Of a stretch of 24,144 nt of DNA, positions 16,212-24,144 are shown in pieces. Each line of letters starts with the position of its first letter. Position 1 is the stretch's first letter. A program made the position numbers and the translations under genes. The notes under the pieces were generated by a model. It ran no database searches and was not told the origin of the DNA. It saw only the letters and a program-made list of their open reading frames with translations. Source of the stretch: Chitinophagales bacterium (lineage in GTDB: Bacteria > Bacteroidota > Bacteroidia > Chitinophagales > UBA2359); contig JAHDDA010000002.1 in NCBI GenBank assembly GCA_020629595.1, positions 2,129 to 26,272 of the forward strand. The letters are read 5' to 3'.

Positions 16212-17924
16212 TTATTTAGAATTTCTTAAAACTTCAAAAAAATGCTTTAAAACCTTGGCACTATATTCACCATCTGTTTTAATTTCAATAAGTTTTGCTT
16301 TTTCCGAAGGATTATAAAACAAATTCAAAATAGATACCAAATCTTTTTCATTATCGCAAAAATGATAATCAACATCGAAAGCCTCACATATTTTTTCGGC
16401 AGTTTGGGCGTGTTTGTGTTCAAAAAAGTTTTCTAAATGTCCCGATTTTTGAGGACCAGGAATAATTCTAAAAATATTTCCTCCTGAATTATTTATTAAA
16501 ATTATACGCAAATTATTGGGTAAAAATTTATTCCATAAAGCATTAGAATCGTAAAAAAAAGCTAAGTCTCCAGTAACGTGTGTTACAATTTTTGTATTGC
16601 AACTATAAGCAAAACCTGCGGCTGTACTCATTGCACCGTCAATTCCCCCAACGCCTCTATTGGCATAATGCAACACATTTCGTTTGTCAATTTCAAATAA
16701 ATTTGCGTAGCGAACTGGTGTAGAATTTCCCCATTGAAAAATGCTATTTGGTGGTTGATGTTCAATAACTTTTTGTACTACTTTAAAATCACAAAATTTG
16801 CATTGAGTTAAAAAATACTCTTGTTGACGTGCTTTTAAGTCATCTAACTTTTTAAAATTTGAATAATATTTGTATGACTGCCAATTGTCTTCTTCAAAAT
16901 CGTCATCATTTTCATCTTTCAGATTTAGCAAAAAGTTCAAATCATTAGTGTTTAACAAATGCGTTAATTGCTTAAAAGTATCTTGGTGTTTATAATCATT
17001 GCGAATACTCCAATGAAATTCTGGTTTATAATTTCGCAGATAAACTTTTATCTTCTTTGAAACTATCATTCCACCAATTGTAACCACTAAATTGGGCTGA
17101 AATTTTTGTTTCTCCTCTTCTGTTATTGTATCAATAAATCTATCTATTGCTGGTAAATATGTACTGTACGAAAGATTTGAGCAACTTTCGGTCATTACCA
17201 AAACTTTCTTTTGTTTTGATAGTTCACTCAAAACATTATTCAACGATTTGTCTGCATTTAAACCTACAATGATTAATATTTTATTAGCATTTCTCCAGAT
17301 TTCAGATAATTCTATTAGCTGATTTTTAGAAAGTGTTTTTTGTGGCTCAAAGGCTTGTATATTTTTAGGTTCTGGTAAATCATTTTTTTCAACTAAATCG
17401 TACAGAGGCTCTGTAAATGGAACGTTAATATGAACTGGACCTTTGGCTGGAAGCTGAGTAATATTAATTGCTTCAACTACCGTACGTTCAGCAAACCAAA
17501 GTTTATCTTTTGCCGAAGTATCTTGTGGATATTGAAAGCTCTTTTTTATATAATTTGCAAAAATATTATGTTGTCGAATGCTTTGCATATCGGCTTGATC
17601 AATCCATTCACTTGGTCTATCGGCTGTTAAAACTAGCAAAGGCAATTCTTGATAATAGGCTTCGGCAATGGCTGGTGCGTAATTTAAAGCTGCTGTGCCA
17701 GATGTACAAACAATAGCCACTGTTTGGCGAGTGTGTTGTGCAATACCTAAAGCAAAAAAGGCTGCTGAACGTTCATCTACAATACAAATACACTCAATCT
17801 CTTTTATGGCATTGAAAGCAATAACTAAAGGTGCATTTCTTGAACCAGGAGAAAAAACTACTTTTTTGATTCCTTTAACGGCACAAAGTTTGGCAAGTTG
17901 AATGATTTCTTGTTTACTTGTCAT
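16212..17924 (-). CDS. menD: 2-succinyl-5-enolpyruvyl-6-hydroxy-3-cyclohexene-1-carboxylate synthase
   Basis: SPGSRNAPL, DERSAAFFALG, CTSGTA, LTADRP, NSTPVRY, NRGVGGIDG, GDLAFFYDSNAL, NNSGGNIF. Confidence 0.96.
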   Translation of the reverse strand: MTSKQEIIQLAKLCAVKGIKKVVFSPGSRNAPLVIAFNAIKEIECICIVDERSAAFFALGIAQHTRQTVAIVCTSGTAALNYAPAIAEAYYQELPLLVLTADRPSEWIDQADMQSIRQHNIFANYIKKSFQYPQDTSAKDKLWFAERTVVEAINITQLPAKGPVHINVPFTEPLYDLVEKNDLPEPKNIQAFEPQKTLSKNQLIELSEIWRNANKILIIVGLNADKSLNNVLSELSKQKKVLVMTESCSNLSYSTYLPAIDRFIDTITEEEKQKFQPNLVVTIGGMIVSKKIKVYLRNYKPEFHWSIRNDYKHQDTFKQLTHLLNTNDLNFLLNLKDENDDDFEEDNWQSYKYYSNFKKLDDLKARQQEYFLTQCKFCDFKVVQKVIEHQPPNSIFQWGNSTPVRYANLFEIDKRNVLHYANRGVGGIDGAMSTAAGFAYSCNTKIVTHVTGDLAFFYDSNALWNKFLPNNLRIILINNSGGNIFRIIPGPQKSGHLENFFEHKHAQTAEKICEAFDVDYHFCDNEKDLVSILNLFYNPSEKAKLIEIKTDGEYSAKVLKHFFEVLRNSK

Positions 17925-17969
17925 CTGATATTTCTGGTAACTATAAAACTATGTGTATAAACATTAATT

Positions 17970-18896
17970 TTATGGAAGTTGTTCCAAAATTCGATTCAAA
18001 TCTTCATCATTCATATATGGAATAACTATTTCTCCCCCTTTACCACTTGACTTAGGTTTTAAAGCAACTTTAGTTTCAAAAGTTCGGCATAAATCGTCTT
18101 GAATTTTTTGATAAGCGTAGGAAAGTTTTTGTTTTACTTTCTCTTTTTTATCCTTGGAAGGATTTAATTTTTCTACGCTAGAAACCAACTTTTCAACTTG
18201 CCTAACTGATAAGTTTTTTTCAATAATAATTCTAAATATTTCTAATTGAGCTTCAGGCGAACCCTCAGCTCCACATAATGCACGCCCATGACCAGCCGAA
18301 AGCAATTTTGCTTTAATTCCATCTTGAATTTCTGGTGGTAATTTTAATAACCTTAAAGAATTTGTTATAACTGTTCTAGACTTACCTACTCTTTCTGCTA
18401 AATCTTTGTGCGTTAAGCCAATGTCTTCTATCAAGGCGTTGTAAGTTAAAGCTATTTCAATTGGGTTTAAATCTTGACGTTGCACATTTTCAATCAATGC
18501 AATTTCTCGCATTTCTTGCTCATTAGCTTCTCTTATATAAGCTGGAATTTCTGTTAAACCTGCCAATTTAGAAGCTCTAAATCTTCTTTCTCCAGAAATA
18601 ATTTGATAAGCATTATCGGTAATTCTTCTAACGGTTATTGGCTGAACTACTCCATGTACTTTAATACTATTGACCAATTCATTCATTTGGTCTTCATTAA
18701 AATCTGTTCTTGGTTGAAAAGGGTTAGGCTCAATATGCTCCAATTTTAGCTTACCAACTGATTTTGCACTTTCATCTAGGCTTAAAGGCTTAGAAAGCAT
18801 TTCATTATCAGAAACACCGTATAATGCTCCTACACCAACTCCTAAATTTTTAAGGTTTTTTCCTAAACCAGTTTTTTTGCGTGTAACTTTTTTCAA
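17970..18896 (-). CDS. parB: ParB/Spo0J chromosome partition protein
   Basis: PNPFQPR, GVVQPITVR, IISGERRFRA, ALIENVQRQDLNPIE, RVGKSR..ITNSLRLL, AGHGRAL. TTG start. Confidence 0.96.
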   Translation of the reverse strand: MKKVTRKKTGLGKNLKNLGVGVGALYGVSDNEMLSKPLSLDESAKSVGKLKLEHIEPNPFQPRTDFNEDQMNELVNSIKVHGVVQPITVRRITDNAYQIISGERRFRASKLAGLTEIPAYIREANEQEMREIALIENVQRQDLNPIEIALTYNALIEDIGLTHKDLAERVGKSRTVITNSLRLLKLPPEIQDGIKAKLLSAGHGRALCGAEGSPEAQLEIFRIIIEKNLSVRQVEKLVSSVEKLNPSKDKKEKVKQKLSYAYQKIQDDLCRTFETKVALKPKSSGKGGEIVIPYMNDEDLNRILEQLP

Positions 18897-18946
18897 GATT
18901 TATGTTTTTCGAGGAAAATAAAGCAATTACTTAATATTTTAAAATA

Positions 18947-19726
18947 TTAATCAGATGCTAATTCCAGATTTTTACTAATAATTTCTTGTGCTAATTTAAA
19001 GTAATTTTTTGCACCAATACTTTTCCAATCATACATTAATACAGACATTCCATAACTAGGTGCTTCACTAATTCTGGTATTTCTTTGAATTATTGTATCA
19101 AAAACTAAATCTTTAAAGTGATCGGTTACATCAGCAACAACTTCTTTAGAAAGATTTGTTCTTTTATCGTACATAGTCATTAAAATTCCTTCTATGTCTA
19201 AGTTTTGATTAAGTCGGTTTCTTACTGCTCCAATTGTTTGAATAAGTTTTCCTAAACCCTCTAAAGCAAAATATTCACATTGTACTGGAATTAAAACCGA
19301 ATCTGCGGCACTTAAAGCATTTAATGTTATAATTCCCAAAGATGGAGAACAATCAATAATTACATAATCAAAGGCTTCTCTAGCTTCATCAATTATTTGC
19401 TCCTTCATTATGTAATGCTTTTTATCTACTGAAATAAATTCTACTTCAGCACCCGCTAAATCTATATGAGAAGGCATTACATACACATTGGGTGATTCTG
19501 TTTCAACCACACAATCATCTGGTTCTGCATTTCCTACTAAACATTGATACACATTATTTTCATCATCAGACTCTACTGATAAACCAGAAGATGAATTTGC
19601 TTGAGAATCGGCATCAATCAGCAATACTGTTTTATCTAAAAAACCTAATGCTGAAGCTAAATTTATAGCGGTTGTTGTTTTTCCAACTCCACCTTTTTGG
19701 TTGGCTATGGCTATTACTTTTCCCAT
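18947..19726 (-). CDS. parA: ParA/Soj partition ATPase
   Basis: ANQKGGVGKTTT deviant Walker A, LIDADSQAN, IIDCSPSLG, PVQCEYFALEGL, TMYD.R, RISEAPSYG. Confidence 0.96.
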   Translation of the reverse strand: MGKVIAIANQKGGVGKTTTAINLASALGFLDKTVLLIDADSQANSSSGLSVESDDENNVYQCLVGNAEPDDCVVETESPNVYVMPSHIDLAGAEVEFISVDKKHYIMKEQIIDEAREAFDYVIIDCSPSLGIITLNALSAADSVLIPVQCEYFALEGLGKLIQTIGAVRNRLNQNLDIEGILMTMYDKRTNLSKEVVADVTDHFKDLVFDTIIQRNTRISEAPSYGMSVLMYDWKSIGAKNYFKLAQEIISKNLELASD

Positions 19727-19734
19727 TTATTGTT

Positions 19735-20427
19735 TTAAATTTCTATTGTATCTCCTATTGCTGGCAAAATTAACTTTTTTCCTTCTTCTGAGAAGGTTTG
19801 TTGTGCCATAATCTTATCTAATTTAATATATCCAAAGGTATCGAAATGAACTCCAACTATTGTATCGCACTCTACAAAATCAGCAGCAATAACTGCTTCT
19901 TCAGGTCCCATTGTAAAATTGTCTCCAACAGGAAACACACAAAAATTTAATTTATTTTTTAATAAGGGAATTAACTTCATATCATACGTAAGTGCCGTAT
20001 CGCCCGAGTAATAAAAATTGCCTTCATTGGTATGAATTACAAAACCGCCAGGATTTCCACCATAAGTGCCATCTGGTAATACACTTGAATGTACAGCATT
20101 TACAAACTTAACGACAAATACATCATCAATAACAACAGTTCCACCATGATTCATTGGGTGCGAATTTGTTAGATTGTGTTTTTCGGCAAACCAACTTATA
20201 ATTTCAAAGTTAGAAATAATTTTAGCACCAGTATTATTTGCAATCTGAACAGCATCGGCAATGTGATCTTCGTGTCCGTGAGAAATTAAAATGTAATCTG
20301 CTTTAATATCATTTACATTAATATGAGCCGCCATTGGATTAGGACTTATAAATGGGTCGAAAAGTAAAACTTTACCACTTCTTAATTCAACAGAAAAACA
20401 AGAATGACCGTAAAAAGTAAGTTTCAT
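19735..20427 (-). CDS. Metal-dependent hydrolase, metallo-beta-lactamase fold (UPF0173-like)
   Basis: MKLTFYGHSCF, DPF, ISHGHEDHIAD (HxHxDH), AVHSS, YSGDT, VGDNFTMG, GVHFDTF. Start set at ATG 20427. Confidence 0.92.
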   Translation of the reverse strand: MKLTFYGHSCFSVELRSGKVLLFDPFISPNPMAAHINVNDIKADYILISHGHEDHIADAVQIANNTGAKIISNFEIISWFAEKHNLTNSHPMNHGGTVVIDDVFVVKFVNAVHSSVLPDGTYGGNPGGFVIHTNEGNFYYSGDTALTYDMKLIPLLKNKLNFCVFPVGDNFTMGPEEAVIAADFVECDTIVGVHFDTFGYIKLDKIMAQQTFSEEGKKLILPAIGDTIEI

Positions 20428-20461
20428 AGCAATCAAATTATTTAGATTTCAAAAATAAGAA

Positions 20462-21376
20462 TTAAACGGTAAAGTCAAAACCTCTTAACAAATCTTCTAC
20501 ATTCATTCGCTTTTTTCCAGCCAATTGTAAATCTGTTAAATAAACCCAAGCATCTTTACAGGCTACTTTTATATAAGTTTTGTTATCAGACTCAATAGTT
20601 CCTACGGTTGAAATATTTTGAGAATATTCAATGTTAACTTTAAAAACTTTAAATCTATTGCCTCTAAGTATTGTAAATGCTGAAGGATATGGAGATAAGC
20701 CCCTTACAAAGTTAAAAATTTCATCTCCACTTTTATTCCAGTTGATTTCACAATCTTCTTTAAAAATTTTGGGTGCGTGTTTTTCAATCTTAGTTTTAGG
20801 TTGAGGAGAAGTTTTAAAATTATCTTCTTCAATAGCTTTCACTGTTTTTAAAACCAATTCAGCACCAATATTCATCATTCTATCGTGTAATTCACCCGCA
20901 GTTTCTGCTTCTCCAATTGCCATTTTTTCTTGAAATAAGATTTCTCCTGTATCAATTTTTTGCTCAATAAAAAAAGTGGTAACTCCACTTTCTTTTTCAC
21001 CATTTATAATTGCCCAATTTATGGGTGCGGCACCTCTGTAATTTGGCAAAAGCGAACTGTGTAAGTTAATAGTTCCTTTAGGAGGCATTTCAAAAACTAA
21101 AGCAGGTAACATTCTAAAAGCAACAACTACTTGTAAATCAGCATTTAATGCCTTTAATTCTGCCAGAAACACAGGATTTTTTAGATTTTTAGGTTGTAAA
21201 ATATGTAGTCCTTTTTCTAAAGCATACTTTTTTACAGGCGAAGGATGCAATTTCTTTCCTCTGCCACGTTCTTTATCGGTTGCAGTAATTACACCAACTA
21301 TATTGAAACCATTTTTAACTAAAATATCTAAACTTGGAACAGCAAAATCTGGTGTTCCCATAAAAACTATGTTCAT
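20462..21376 (-). CDS. fmt: Methionyl-tRNA formyltransferase
   Basis: IVFMGTPDFAVPSL, VVVAFRML, INLHSSLLPNYRGAAPINWAIINGE.ESGVT, IDTG, VRGLSPYP, QLAGKKRM. Start set at ATG 21376. Confidence 0.97.
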   Translation of the reverse strand: MNIVFMGTPDFAVPSLDILVKNGFNIVGVITATDKERGRGKKLHPSPVKKYALEKGLHILQPKNLKNPVFLAELKALNADLQVVVAFRMLPALVFEMPPKGTINLHSSLLPNYRGAAPINWAIINGEKESGVTTFFIEQKIDTGEILFQEKMAIGEAETAGELHDRMMNIGAELVLKTVKAIEEDNFKTSPQPKTKIEKHAPKIFKEDCEINWNKSGDEIFNFVRGLSPYPSAFTILRGNRFKVFKVNIEYSQNISTVGTIESDNKTYIKVACKDAWVYLTDLQLAGKKRMNVEDLLRGFDFTV

Positions 21377-21392
21377 ATAATAATTTGAAAAC

Positions 21393-21434
21393 AAAAAAAC
21401 CGAACCAATGAGTTATAAACTCTTAGGTTCAGTT
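21393..21434 (-). terminator. Intrinsic terminator after the T9SS-substrate gene
   Basis: Minus strand AACTGAACC-TAA-GAGTT-TAT-AACTC-ATT-GGTTCGGTT followed by a run of T, about 26 nt after the stop at 21461. Confidence 0.7.
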
Positions 21435-21460
21435 ATTTAACTTTAATAATTGATAGAAGA

Positions 21461-22468
21461 TTAATTAAGTATAAATAATTTTTGTGTAATAACAATATTC
21501 CCCACCTCATCTTTTAAAATCGCAAAATACATATTTGTATTATACCCAATAAAATCAATGGGAAAAGCGTAAGTACCATTAGCTAATGCTTGAAAATCTA
21601 CCTTATCTAATACTTGTCCATTAATTCCAACAAAATCAAGTGTAAAAAACCCACCATTCGGAACACTTATATTTATATATTGATTTTGATTTAATTGAAA
21701 TTGATTTGGGAAAATTGAATAATCATTGTTTTTAATTTCAGTATCTGAAGTTGTACTATCTGTACCTCCACCACTAGTTCCAGGAGGTTCAGCACTAATA
21801 ATAAAAGTCAAATTGCATCCATTTGCATCAATAATAGTTGTGTTTAGAAAAGTTTCATACGGAAAACTGCCCAAATAATATTCATCAGTGTTAACACTTG
21901 CATTGTAAAACTGTCCTAATAAATTATCATAAATTTTATAAGGCTTTGTTCCATTAGAAATGGTGTATTTTACCATATAATAATCTTCAAAATAAATAAG
22001 ATCACTATCTACATTATAATTGGAGTCTGGTGGACAATTATCATTTTCAGTTCCTTTAGAACAAGGAGGCGACAATTCATTAATTTCTCCATAAGCTATT
22101 AAATTACCATCGGCATCGAATTTTGACATTTGCAATAAAATTGGTGTTCCTTCACTTTCAATAAAACTAATAAACTGCCCAGCATCTTCAATTTCATCAT
22201 TAAAGTTTCCTGTAGAGACTAAATAATACCCCATACTTTCATCTTCTTCAGAAAGCATTGCATCAGAAATTGAAATTATTACATTGAATATCCCAGATTC
22301 ATCGCAAATTAAATTATAAGGTATAGACAAACATTCTACGCAATCTTCGCCTCCACAATTTACATTATGCGGTTCTCCAAAATAATCAATTTGAACACAT
22401 TCTTGAGCATTTGTAAATTGAGCAAAAAGAAATAGCAGTAAAAAATTAAGTAGTGTTTTAAAATACAT
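21461..22468 (-). CDS. Secreted acidic hypothetical protein with probable T9SS type A C-terminal sorting domain
   Basis: Signal peptide ending TNA-Q; SprB-like ISNGTKPY turn; PGTSGGGTDSTTS linker; C-terminal SIFPN...G.Y...ITQKLFILN resembling a Por secretion tail (degenerate). Confidence 0.7.
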   Translation of the reverse strand: MYFKTLLNFLLLFLFAQFTNAQECVQIDYFGEPHNVNCGGEDCVECLSIPYNLICDESGIFNVIISISDAMLSEEDESMGYYLVSTGNFNDEIEDAGQFISFIESEGTPILLQMSKFDADGNLIAYGEINELSPPCSKGTENDNCPPDSNYNVDSDLIYFEDYYMVKYTISNGTKPYKIYDNLLGQFYNASVNTDEYYLGSFPYETFLNTTIIDANGCNLTFIISAEPPGTSGGGTDSTTSDTEIKNNDYSIFPNQFQLNQNQYINISVPNGGFFTLDFVGINGQVLDKVDFQALANGTYAFPIDFIGYNTNMYFAILKDEVGNIVITQKLFILN

Positions 22469-22508
22469 AAATATAAATTTTTAAATTTACCTCAGACAAT
22501 TAAAGAAA

Positions 22509-23108
22509 ATGAGTCTTTATAGAGTTTGGCACATTGGCAAAGATATAACAATTGGTATTTGGAAATTGGTTGAAAATACATCAACTTTAAAAAATAGTTT
22601 AAAAAATACAAATGTTGATTTTCCTAACTTTAAAAGCACAAAAAGACTCAATGAGTATTTGGCAACTCGCTGCTTGTTAAAAAAATTATTATATACAACA
22701 AAAATTGAATACTTAAAAAATGGTAAGCCAATTTTAACTGAATTTCCTGAAACTGAGATTTCAATTAGCCATTCTGGTAATTTTATTGTAATTGCTATAA
22801 GTAAAATTTATATTTTAGGAATTGATATTGAAAAAATTAGCAATAAACCTTTAAAGGTTTTATCAAAGTTTTTAACTAAGCAAGAAGCAAAACAAATTAA
22901 TAACTCATCATTAAAAGCAAGTATTCTTTGGGCTGCAAAGGAAGCAATGTTTAAGCTAAATGAAGTTGATTTAAAAAATTATGCAAATCAATTTAGTGTG
23001 CAAATACAAGAAAATAAAATTATTTGCTATATAGAAAAAAAAGAACAATTAAGCAAATACTTAATTGTTGGCAATTTTATCTTGTTTCTCGTTTATAAAT
23101 CAAAGTGA
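22509..23108 (+). CDS. 4'-phosphopantetheinyl transferase superfamily protein
   Basis: NGKP, ISISHS, GIDIE, WAAKEAMFK motifs. Confidence 0.9.
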   Translation: MSLYRVWHIGKDITIGIWKLVENTSTLKNSLKNTNVDFPNFKSTKRLNEYLATRCLLKKLLYTTKIEYLKNGKPILTEFPETEISISHSGNFIVIAISKIYILGIDIEKISNKPLKVLSKFLTKQEAKQINNSSLKASILWAAKEAMFKLNEVDLKNYANQFSVQIQENKIICYIEKKEQLSKYLIVGNFILFLVYKSK

Positions 23109-23110
23109 TT

Positions 23111-24144
23111 ATGAAAAGATTTATAACTTACATTTTAATCTTATTTGCCTCTTTTACGGCAATATTATATGCATTTGATTATGAATATTTATTTACAGCA
23201 ATAAGGGTAACTTGGCTACGTGGACAATCGAGTGTAGGTATTTATGATTATACCGTTCAAAATACAAGAGTAATTGAAAAAGGAAAAACCCAAGAATGGG
23301 AAATACATACAGATTATAACAAATTTGATTTATCTGAAGAAAACTTAGCAATTCACAAAGAACTACAATCAAATTCATTTTTGATTATTAAAGATGGTAA
23401 AATACTTAGTGAAAACTACTTTAATGGAACAGATAAAAATGAACGAACTGCTCTTTGGTCTATAAGTAAAACATACACAAGTTTATGTATTTTAAAAGCA
23501 ATTGAAGATGGCTTAATTGACAATGTAAATGACCCAATAAAAAAGTACATTAAAAATTGGAATATTGAGCAAAAACCAAGCTTAACACTAAGGCATTTAG
23601 CATCAATGTCGGCAGGTTTGTATTGGGAAGAAACAGACTTAATGCCTTGGTCTTTAATCGCAAAGTACAATTTTCATAACGATTTAGATAATCTTTCATT
23701 AAACAGTTTATACAGAATAGGAAATCCGGGCGAAGTACAACATTACAATTCTGGTGGAACACAAATTTTAGGAACTATTTTGAGAAAGCAAATGCCAAAT
23801 TCTAATTTATCGGAATATATCTCTAAGAAGTTTTGGCAACCTTTGGGCTGTGAAAACAATGCTTTATATATTCTTGATAGTGAAAATGGAGCTGAAAAAT
23901 CTTTTGGTGGAATGGTGGCTTCTGCTCGTGACATTTCTAGATTAGGACAAGTTATTGTTGATAATGGTTATTGGAAAAACACCCAAATTCTAACACCTGA
24001 ACAACTAAACTTAGTTAAAACAATGCCTTACAATAACCATTGTTATAATTATGGTTTGTGGAGTGGTAAATACAAAGGAATTAAATTTTACTTACAAGCA
24101 GGTTTTGCAGGTCAATGTGTTATTTCTATTCCTTCAGAAAAATT
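23111..24144 (+). CDS. Serine hydrolase, beta-lactamase/AmpC-like family; 3' end runs off the window
   Basis: Not in ORF track. ATG 23111 opens MKRFITYILILFASFTAILYAF...; motifs WSISKT (SxxK), LTLRHLASMSAGL, HYNSGG (YxS), ARDISRLGQ, AGFAGQ; frame open to window end. Confidence 0.9.
   Translation, partial: MKRFITYILILFASFTAILYAFDYEYLFTAIRVTWLRGQSSVGIYDYTVQNTRVIEKGKTQEWEIHTDYNKFDLSEENLAIHKELQSNSFLIIKDGKILSENYFNGTDKNERTALWSISKTYTSLCILKAIEDGLIDNVNDPIKKYIKNWNIEQKPSLTLRHLASMSAGLYWEETDLMPWSLIAKYNFHNDLDNLSLNSLYRIGNPGEVQHYNSGGTQILGTILRKQMPNSNLSEYISKKFWQPLGCENNALYILDSENGAEKSFGGMVASARDISRLGQVIVDNGYWKNTQILTPEQLNLVKTMPYNNHCYNYGLWSGKYKGIKFYLQAGFAGQCVISIPSEK

Noticed and set aside
19735-20427. MBL-fold protein and the 23111 serine hydrolase as antibiotic resistance beta-lactamases
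   Set aside because: The first has UPF0173-type housekeeping features and no signal peptide; the second lacks clear class A/C signatures beyond the generic SxxK/YxS of the wider esterase/amidase family.
1590-23934. Short antisense or overlapping ORFs in the track (1590, 2481, 2987, 3694, 4862, 7790, 7857, 10177, 12585, 12655, 13053, 17430, 17468, 17695, 23193, 23416, 23550, 23743)
   Set aside because: All lie opposite or inside well-supported genes and show no recognisable motifs; shadow ORFs.
1-24144. CRISPR array, tRNA, rRNA, IS transposase, prophage or defence genes
   Set aside because: No regularly spaced repeats, cloverleaf or rRNA-like segments, or transposase/phage/defence motifs were seen; intergenic gaps are too short.

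Overview
AT-rich bacterial chromosomal window, very likely Bacteroidota (TAnnTTTG-type promoter elements, no obvious Shine-Dalgarno sites, a T9SS-like C-terminal sorting domain, a large multi-SLBB polysaccharide export protein); no finer taxonomy is claimed. It holds about 21 protein genes, mostly on the minus strand: housekeeping genes (trxB, lnt, rsmI, Lrp/AsnC regulator, menD, parA/parB, fmt) and a surface-glycan block (multi-SLBB export protein, Wzz-like protein, rfbC, rfbD, cysQ, then an ArnC-like GT2 / WbqC / ArnB-like aminotransferase trio). Three genes are absent from the ORF track: a luciferase-like monooxygenase at the left edge that closely resembles sulfoquinovose monooxygenase SmoC as I recall it, a 46-aa addiction-module-like ORF at 9816-9956, and a serine hydrolase at the right edge. 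The most interesting signals are the SmoC-like gene, the divergently transcribed BacNav-family channel with a CavMr-like TLEGWFD filter (candidate native Ca2+ channel), the Arn-like trio with WbqC where ArnA would be expected, and a small family of GTAG-type REP-like palindromes. No rRNA, tRNA, CRISPR array or transposase was seen. All family assignments come from motif recognition and memory, not database searches.
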